From the human T2T-CHM13v2.0 reference genome, Homo sapiens, in the NCBI RefSeq assembly GCF_009914755.1, contig NC_060936.1: a stretch of DNA of 64,000 nucleotides; one strand, written 5' to 3'. Shown piece by piece: positions 55,382 through 64,000 of the stretch. Below the pieces are notes generated by a model. The model saw only the letters and a list, made by a program, of their open reading frames with translations, made no database searches and was not told where the DNA came from. Each line of letters opens with the position of its first letter. The first letter of the stretch is position 1. The translations under genes and the position numbers were made by a program.

Positions 55382-55611
55382 GTTGTATTGAAACATTCCC
55401 TATAGATCACTGTGTCACATATGCCTACCAGGATTAAATTCGATAATATATGTATAGCATCTAACAGATGCTAACTCAACATTCAATAGCCATTAGTTCA
55501 TGTTCCCGTTGCCTGCCACCCACTTTTAAGGTAAAACCAAGAAAAATTTAAAGAATGCCATGGAGAGAGAATATCAGTGAAGTGTCTGAGATTGTTTATA
55601 ATGCTGCAATG

Positions 55612-55912
55612 TATGTTAGTCTGCTCTGGCTATCATAACATAATGCCATACTTAAACAACAGGAATTTATTTCTCATAGTTTTTTTTTTTTTAAATGGTG
55701 GTCTCACTTTGTTGCCAGGCTAGTCTTGAACTCCTGGATTCAAGCAATCCTCCTACTGAGGCCTTCCAAAGTGCTGAGATTACAGGTGTGAACCACTGTG
55801 CTGGGCATCAATTTCTCATAGTTCTGAAGACTGAAAGAGTCAAGGTCAAACACACTAGGGGTTAGGGTTTCAACATATGAATTTTGGAGGAACACAATTC
55901 AGTCCGTAGTGC
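55612..55912 (-). mobile_element. MLT1-type LTR fragment interrupted by an Alu monomer
   Basis: gtatgttagtctgctctggctatcataaca...ttaaacaacaggaatttatttctcatagttctg...ttcaacatatgaattttggaggaacacaattcagtcc. Confidence 0.8.
55680..55808 (-). mobile_element. FLAM/AluJ left monomer
   Basis: ccaggctagtcttgaactcctggattcaagcaatcctcc; TSD atttctcatagtt on both sides. Confidence 0.9.
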
Positions 55913-57590
55913 TATGTGTATTTAGTTGATAAATAAATTTTAATAATTTATAAATAATTTTAGGGAACCATATTTGCAAAATCCTCAGCATAGTCAAGTA
56001 TAAATGCTTCATATGTCAGTTTATTAAAAGGTAAGATTATTAGATGACTAGATAAATTTTTTAAATCTAACTTTTCACCATATAAACATATGAACTATAT
56101 TGCATATCCATCATCATACCTCCAAAGTGAAAGGCCAGATCAAACTATGTACATGCAAACATGAGTTTGATCAAATTTTCATTCAACTTAGCAGATTGTT
56201 TTAACATAATAGATACACAACGTCTGCTTATTTCTGAAGCTACTTTCCCATTTAAAAACCTACAGTGGCTTCCTAGGAGCTCTAGAATCAGACTCCTATG
56301 GCCCTCCATTAACTTGTGGGCCTTGCCTATTGCTCTTTCTATTTAGATCTTCTCTGAGTTACTCCTGACTCCTTAACAGCCTAATCATTTCCACTCAGGT
56401 TATCCTATGCTATCGTCCTGTCTGGGGTTTCTGTGACAAATCCTACACCTCCCTTGGCATGGGATCACATACATTTCCTTTTTGGAGACTCTTTTAATGA
56501 CATCAGACTTTCTCAGCTATTTGACATATACTATCATGCCTATTGCTTCACCTTGGAAATTGTATTCTTTTGTTATTGAATCACATACATGCATAGAACT
56601 TATTGTCTCCCTGCATAGATTTGAAGTTCCTAGAGGAAAGCCCTCATGACCCCCCTCTGTCTTTGTAAGCTGGTAGGATGCCATTTGAATAATAATAAAT
56701 TTTAGTTGAGCTAATTATTTTATGCATTTATCTCTCTCCTCCACATATTCGTCCTTTTGTTACTGTTTTCCTTGCTCTTCTACCCTTTCAAGTTCTTGTC
56801 TTTTGAAGGGCTATCACACAGATGAAAAGAAACTAATCTTATTTATATATAATGAAAAGCTGGACTCAAAAACTTTAAGATAGTGATAGTAATAGCAACC
56901 TAAGGCAACTGAAAATTTCATCACTTGTAATTTGAGCTATTGTTAATCCAGTGAATAAGACTGCCCCCAGAGCACCTAGAGGGTTAACTTTTGAGCACCT
57001 AGAGTTAACTTTTGAATCACGTAAGAATGCCTGTCTATCTTAAGTGCTCAGTTCTTTCCAGATCTAATGCCTGTCATTATTGTTTCTCCTCTTGACACAA
57101 CTAGGTTGAAATATTCATTGCCTTTGAATTACTCCAATAGATAATCTTCATTAGGAACCAACATGTAGATTTTTCCAGAAGAAACATGTACACATCTCAC
57201 AGTATGCAGTTTCCAAAATTACCAGTTTAATTTTATTTTTATTAAGGCCCAATGTGCTTGCCAATTGTTTAAAAATGTGATGTTGGTGTCTTTCATGTCT
57301 GTGTTTATATAGTTCTACAAGTTGAGAAATGTCTCTTTTTAAAAAATCAGTGAAAATATAAAAAGTGTCATGCTTTATCTTTCTACATGACATATCTTTG
57401 TGCTAAACTTTTTTCACATAAATGAATAATAAATCTGTTGCTCGGCAAAGAAAAATAATTGGTTATATGCGGGATATTTTATTCCAGTTCAGAAGAAATA
57501 CGTGAATGTAAAGAGGAGAGATATTTTACTTGGGCTTATGAAATTTCATATTTATTATTGCTTTTTATACTCAAGATGTGACAGAAATTG

Positions 57591-58026
57591 GTGTTAGGAT
57601 CTGAAGAAGGAAAATGACAACAGGTTAATCAAAGAATCTAAAATGGAGCCAGGAGGCCATTTTAGCTTGAACCTCAGGTAGGCCTTGGATGGAGGTCACA
57701 ACTTCCTGGCTGAACAATGGCCAAAGCATCTGCTGACTGCTTCCTGCTGAGCTCTGGAAGGTCCCTTACCACAGGCGGCCTTTTTAACTGTTAAAATCAG
57801 TCCCTTTAGATACAATCACACCAATTGTAGCAGTTGAAAAACAACTTTTGTAATCTCCCCTTCTCCTGATTCATCCTTTTTTCTTTAAAAGCTCCAGCAT
57901 CTCTTTTGTTCTCCAGGGCACTTCACAAAGTAACTTGGAAGCATTTCCTGGGCTGCAGTGATTCAAATTTGGCTCAAATAAATTCTTTGTTGTTTAAGAC
58001 ATACCTCAGTTTTTTCTAGGTCCACA
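57591..58026 (+). mobile_element. ERV1 MER4-group LTR (MER31/MER34/MER67-like)
   Basis: TG...CA termini; aaaatggagcc near the 5' end; gggctgcagt...tttggctcaaataaa...cctcagttttt...aggtccaca 3' end. Confidence 0.65.
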
Positions 58027-58199
58027 GATCCATATGTGAAGGACATAAGGGGACAGAAAGCAATGTATGTTCAATGAGTATTTCTTCATTGTGTGCCATG
58101 AAGAAGCCTATCGTTGGCATCATATTTTGTGTAGACTGTCTCTTTATGAACACATATTGTGGGTGAGGGAAAGCCTTCTCTCACATAGCCTTTCCACCT

Positions 58200-58720
58200 A
58201 CATATTGAATTAATCCATGTCTTCTTGTTGTGTCTCAATCTGCCACCTAAACTCATCTGTCTATCCCTCCGGTGAGCCTCTCCTCTAAGCTTCAAATTCC
58301 TCATTTTGTCATGACATTACTGTTCCCCTAGTCTCTCATGCTTACCACCTGAGCCTTGTTGGATTTCTCATTTAGCTGGTCAGTTATAATGAAAAGCATT
58401 GTTAATTTCTCTTCAAAGTGTGTTAGATTGTTTCTAATAGGCTTCAATCACCCATAGGCTAGACTGTCACTGTCTCATGCCTAATTACTTCAGCAGGTCC
58501 TTAACTGTTCTCCCTGTACCCCTTTCCAGTCTACCTATATATAGCCACAACACTTGCCCTCCTAAACATCACCTTCCTCATTGTGCTCAGATACCTTCAG
58601 AGGTCTTTTCCTAAATATCAGACAAAAGCTGAGAACCTGAGATGGTCATTTTAGGATTTCCATCATTTAAACTCAACCTATTTTTCCATCTGACCTCACA
58701 CTTCTCTTCAAGAAGACTTC
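58200..58720 (+). mobile_element. L2 fragment
   Basis: Pyrimidine-rich L2 sense motifs (tctcatgcctaattacttcagcagg, ttctccctg, ttccagtcta). Confidence 0.55.
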
Positions 58721-58796
58721 CAACTGAGACCTTGAGAAACCTGCCTTGAGTAGATGACTAATTTGGTGCTCCTTCAAACTAACATTTTTGTATTCA

Positions 58797-59133
58797 TTTT
58801 TCAGAGACAGGGTCTTGATCTGTTGCCCAGGCTGGAGTGCAGTGGTGCAATCATAGCTCACTGCAACCTCAGACTCTTAGACTTACATGACCTTCCTGAC
58901 TCAACACCCTGAGTAGTTGGGAATGTAGGCATGTGCCACCATACCTGACTAAATTTTTTTTTATTTTTTGTAGAGATATGGCTCTCACTGTATTGCCCAG
59001 ACTGGTCTTGAACCAATTTGATTGGCCTCAAATAATCCTCCCACCTGGGCCTCCCAAAGTGCTGATATTACTTTGGGAGGCAAAGTAATATGAGTGATAT
59101 TACTTTGGGAGGCATGAGCCACCATGCCCAGCC
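58797..59133 (-). mobile_element. AluJ with palindromic rearrangement in the left arm
   Basis: agagacagggtct...gcaatcatagctcactgcaacctc AluJ diagnostics. Confidence 0.92.
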
Positions 59134-60374
59134 AGTATTCTTTAAATTTTCATTAAAAGTTAATTAAATTTTCTATTCTATTAATTTATTTTCTATCATT
59201 AATTAATTTCTGCTACAATTTTAATTCTATTAATATACTGTTAATATTATATACATATTATCAAATAATTTATATTAATTTTCTAAGTTGAACACTGCAA
59301 CAGGCTCATCAATTAATTCACTTTTTCTGAAAAAAAAAAGTAAGAAAAAACATTTTCCCAGCAAATTATTTCCCTCTTATCTGAAGTTTTCATCTTCTCT
59401 TGAGTATTATTTTATTATTTTCTGAAATGTATGTCTTTGGAAGTAGTCCAAAGTCTTTGAATATCCTCCAAAGGACATAAAATTTAGATAAAACAAATCA
59501 GTCATTCCTGTTAACTATGCAAGCCATGGTTTCAAAATTTCAGTAAACAGTAACTACAGGAAGCTACTGACAAAAGTAACTGACCGAGACAGGTCACCTA
59601 CTGAGGAGTGTTTCAGGATATTTTAGTAAAATCCGAAGAGAAACCAGACTGTTGCTTCGAGAGGTTTTTGTTGATGTTTTTTGTCTTTGGTATTTTGTTT
59701 ATTGTTCTGCTGTTTCCACTCAAGTTGTGCTGCTCTTTTTAGCCAGAAGAGGACCAGTTTACACTGTAAGTTTTGCAAAGTCTCCTTATAGAAGTGAGTA
59801 AATGATACCATAATGCTGATTATTTGGGGGACATTTTTGTGCTACTTTTAGGTCCCACTATGCCTCTGCTCTGGACTCCCTGCAGTTTTTCGAACATGAC
59901 ATTCTCATTTCTGGCACCACTCTTTGCTCTTCGTGCTTTGCATGCTAAAGAAACCCTTCTCCTGTCTCTGTGTCCATCCTTCCCTTGATGTTCATTTCAT
60001 GCCTTCTCATCCCTCCAGGAGATTTTCCCTAAGTCTTGCTAACAGCCACTCATTTCTGAACACTTATACGTGGTATTTTCTTATCACTCACTTGGCTTTC
60101 CACCCAGTAGCGCCTAATATATTTTTTCTATAGTGTCTAGCATGAGTAGAGCGTGTTGCACAGTAGTACCACTGCTACATTTGTTCTTCTGGCATTTCTT
60201 CCATTTTACCAAACAGCAGCTGCTCAGGATTTGGGGAGTCATGCATCTTTCACATACCCCAGCCAACAGTGTTGTCTTCCAACAAACATTGCTCCTGGGT
60301 TCAGGAGATATCTATAAACTAGGGTCCCGCTTGTTATTCATTATCGTACTACATGCTTTTAACTTATTAATATC

Positions 60375-60570
60375 CACTACTTAATTATCCTTTTCCAGCT
60401 CTGTCACTAAGTTTGCATTCTTAGGCATGTGGCTTAACTGATGCTCAGTACAGTGGAGATAATTATAGCCTTTTTCATAGTCTGAGAATTAAATGGGTTA
60501 ATCTATGTAAAGAAGCTAGATAAGTATTGGCACAGGGTGGGCACTCAATATATGTTAGCTATTGTTTTTA
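60375..60570 (+). mobile_element. MIR SINE
   Basis: ccagctctgtcact...gagaattaaatgggttaat...ggcactcaatatatgttagctatt. Confidence 0.75.
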
Positions 60571-61759
60571 TGTACAGATGAGCAAAATATGTCTAATATA
60601 ATTTTTGTCATCTGCCACGAATTCGACAGCTACTAAGCAATGGTTCACTATGGTGTGCCTCAAAATTTTTCTTCTTTCCACAACTCACTGCCTCCACATG
60701 AATTAAGAATGAACATCAGCAGCTTGTCTGCTTGTCATCAGCTCTGCTTCAAACAGAAGTCCAGGCACACAGAAATCCAGGCACTAATCCCATTTTCCCT
60801 GTGTCATCAAACACGTGCTGACCATCTTCATTTGCTCCTACTTTGTCAGCCATCCTATTTTTTGATTTGTATGTTGCTTATGGTAGGGAATGATGATGCT
60901 AGATTTTGTTATTGATCAGTCATTGAGCCTATGATAGTTTTTCTAGACCTAACCAGTACATAATGGCATTCTGCTTCCATTTATTATGGCTCCATTCTAT
61001 TGTGCTGCCTGTCATGCCCATGAGCAGAAATGTGACATTGTAAAGAACCTCTGGGATGTACATTTTCAGGACTCTCTAGGATCCTCAAAGTTTTAATGGG
61101 GGGCAGGGGGAGAGTCAATGCTGGATATTCAATCCCCAATCATATCTAAACAAGAAGTTTGATAAAATGAGACATTTACTCAACTTTACCTTTCTGATGG
61201 TGACGAGAATAGATTGAATGGGATGCAACTTCTCAACATATCCTGGAATATTTGTGAGGTGCTCTGGGAAGCGAAGTCTACTCAAATGTGTCAAAAAACC
61301 AGCCCTAGCCTGGTGTTCTCATTATGGTAGGGTCAGTGAGTAGAGCAGCTTTGTGTCCATTTAACTTAGTCTGACTTCGTTTTTGAAACAGAATACTAAT
61401 CAGGAAATCAATAAGTATTGAAATGTGCTATGTGAAATACACAAAGCAATAGAAATAGTACAAAACAGTTAAGACAAGGAAATGTGAAAGTCTGTGATGC
61501 TTAATGTGTTAGATGCTTTACATGGGTCATTAATAAACTTGTTATCTTGGGGAGATGAATGATGGGCACATGAAAAGAAATCTAACTGTATAAAGCAGAG
61601 TGTATAAAGTGCAGCGTGACAGAGCCCCTGAGGAGCTCAGGAGGGTTGAGAGGAGTGAAGGCTTGGCATGGGCTCTCATCTCTGGGAAGCCTTCCTTGGC
61701 TTCACAGCCTTCAGTAATGACTCACTGAACTGACAAGTTCCTATCAATTCTACAATCTA

Positions 61760-62520
61760 TATAATCAGTTCTACAATTTGTTGCACAAAGTCTGACTGAA
61801 ATTTAAGTTAGGAGGAGACTGGGAGAGGTAGGCAGAAGCCAGGTCATGAAGGGTGTCATATGCAAAAAAGCAGGGGAGTGAATGTGATCAAATTTATGTT
61901 GGACACAGATCAGTCTATCAGCAATTTAGACCTTGTTTTGGGTGGGAAAACATTTAGAAGGACAACAACCAGTTAGGAGGAGGTAGTTTTGGTGATCCAG
62001 AAGAGAAGAGTGAAGGGCTTGAACAAGGGACTGATGGGTGCACAGGGAGGAACAGATTTGACAGGTATTAAGGACTAAGGTGGAAGATTGAGTACATAAA
62101 ATTACAAGATGACCAGTTAAATTTGAATCTCAGAACAACTGAATATGTTTCTAATGTAAACGCATATTGGGGACATACTTAATAATACAGTTAATTTTTG
62201 TTTATTTGGAGTTGGCGTTATGTATTTTATCTAGCAACTTTATTAAGGAAGTAGAATAGTCAGGTCCTGGGGACTGACTGGACATAGAATGGGAGAGAGC
62301 AGATGGAGGAAGGTTTTGAGGATGATTTCAAGGCTACTGGTTGGGGATCTGAGTAAATGACAGTACCACAAGCAGAATGAGCTTAGCAAGAGAAGGTGAA
62401 CTATTCAGTCTTAGGCATGTTGTTTTAAAGATGCCAATAGGACAGTCCAGGTAGAGATGTCTAATGAGCAATTAAAAGATACAGAGATCAGAATAGGAGA
62501 CAGGGCTTGGAGGAATACCT
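61760..62520 (-). mobile_element. L2 fragment interrupted by MER53
   Basis: ggagaggtaggcagaagccaggtcatgaagg...ttcagtcttaggcatgttg...caggtagagatgtc. Confidence 0.65.
62075..62241 (+). mobile_element. MER53-like hAT MITE
   Basis: ccagttaaatttgaatctcag...ggggacatactt...tgtattttatctagcaac; flanking tattaagga repeated on both sides. Confidence 0.8.
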
Positions 62521-63217
62521 GTAGAGGGCACTAATAGTACCATCCACTGGTGTTCTCTTTCAACTAGGTTCCTCCATGGCCATAAAGGCCAGGCCACCAG
62601 GAGCGAAGCAGTGAACAGAAAGCTGCTGAGTGTCAAGGAGGTAAAGGGTGCATCAAATTGTTATGGTCCTTCATTGTCCTGGGCCCCACCCTGCTTCTAT
62701 AAGGTTTCTGGTTTTCAAAGTCACCTCTCTGCTTTGTTAAGAGGAGAAGGCAAGAGCATCCCTGTCAAATGTCCTCCCAGCTCTTCTGAAGCCATTGTCA
62801 AGTCTAGAGGATGAGTTTTAGAAACATTCTCAGTAGCATCTGGGGAAGCACTCAATAATCAAATAGATAAATATTTCTTCTGTGAAACATATGAATATTT
62901 AAATATAAATAGCCCCATGTAAGTTCGGGCCATGTTTTGCAATCCAATTATTTACGGAAAAAAAATTGCTTTCAGAGATTTATGAATTTTAGAATCTCAG
63001 CTGAGTGATTATGATCCTTATTTATATCAATGGTAGAAAAACCAAACAACCCTTTTTTTACTCAATATCATCCCACATTTTTCCATAAAGAATCTCCTCT
63101 TTCATTTTTCCTTCTTTTTAAAGGAAATAGTATTCCATTGTATTGATGTACCATAAAGGTATTAATCTATCACCAATGTAGGGATATTCTGATTGTCTCT
63201 ACCATTTAGCTATTGCT

Positions 63218-63428
63218 TTTACAGTGTCCATCATCCAAATAATGTACATTGTACCCATTAATTTCTCATGCCTCCCTATCCGCACCCTTCTGAGTTTTCA
63301 TCGTCTGTCATTCTACACCCCGTGTCCATGGGTACACATTGTTTAGTGCCCACTTATAAGTGAGGACATGTGGTATTTGTCTTTCTGTGTCTGCGTTGTT
63401 TCACTTAAAATAATGGCCTTCAGATTCA
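63218..63428 (-). mobile_element. L1PB-like 3' end fragment nested in an older antisense L1 (about 63050-63650)
   Basis: aataatgtacattgtacccatt...cccacttataagtgaggacatgtggtatttgtctttctgtg. Confidence 0.8.
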
Positions 63429-64000
63429 AGGCTTCAATGAATAACCTTATACGTATGTCCTTTCACTTATGAGTATAACTCAGATAAGTTTCCAGAGGTA
63501 GAACTGCAGGGTCCAAGCACATGCACATTTGTGATTTTGATTATTACTATCATAAATATGACTCTCCACAGAGGTGGCATGATTTCAACTCCCACCAGCA
63601 GAGAATGGAAAGACCTTTTTCTCCTACTTCCTTCCTGGGCTATTTTCAGCTTGTTTGCTCTCTGCTGCATCTTTCTTCCTCTGCTAGGCTTATTCCTCTG
63701 ATCTGTGTCTCAATCTCTCCTAACAGCTGAACTCACTCAATAGGTGCCAATGAAAAGAGAATGGGGAACAAGAGGAAGGAAAAGCCATGGCATTTGTACC
63801 TGTAGCTAGGTTTCGTCAGATCTGTGGCTTAAACACTTGGGAGTCCTAACAGAGAAAAATTCATTTAAAAATTATGAATTCAAAATTAGGCACAAAAGTA
63901 AATAGTTATTTAGCAAACACCTACCTGTACATTTTGACTAGCTTACAAATATCAACTGAGAAAACTTTTAAATTACTATTTTTATTAATTATCTACCAAG

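Larger units (their letters stand above)
54550..55400 (+). other. PDZRN4: PDZRN4 3' UTR (AU-rich; 3' end approximate)
   Basis: Repeat-free AU-rich sequence after the stop, with AATAAA at 54995, 55218 and 55376; interspersed repeats resume after about 55420. Confidence 0.8.

Overview
AT-rich, repeat-dense primate (almost certainly human) genomic DNA, judged from AluJ/S/Y, L1PA and THE1D content. It holds the 3' part of PDZRN4 (LNX4; RING/PDZ E3 ligase of the LNX3/4/5 family) on the + strand. Bases 1-33315 are intronic. Five coding exons follow: 33316-33414, 36364-36426, 44212-44313, 48446-48562 and a terminal exon from 53023 with its stop at 54547-54549. They splice in frame (all junctions phase 0) to 635 codons: a PDZ domain, an acidic linker, a coiled coil, the LNX3-homology region and a C-terminal PDZ ligand (-VTTV). 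The 3' UTR has three candidate poly(A) signals and a perfect 34-bp tandem duplication. Nearly all other ORFs in the track are spurious or repeat-derived. I see no clear new biological system. The best leads are a CpG- and homeobox-motif-rich element upstream of the 44212 exon that may contain a poison exon, and an inverted-Alu/phase-0 layout that would allow stop-free circular RNAs. Also notable are a tailless U2 snRNA retropseudogene, several template-switch palindromes and several old local duplications. Repeat subfamily names come from recalled consensus sequences and their boundaries are approximate.
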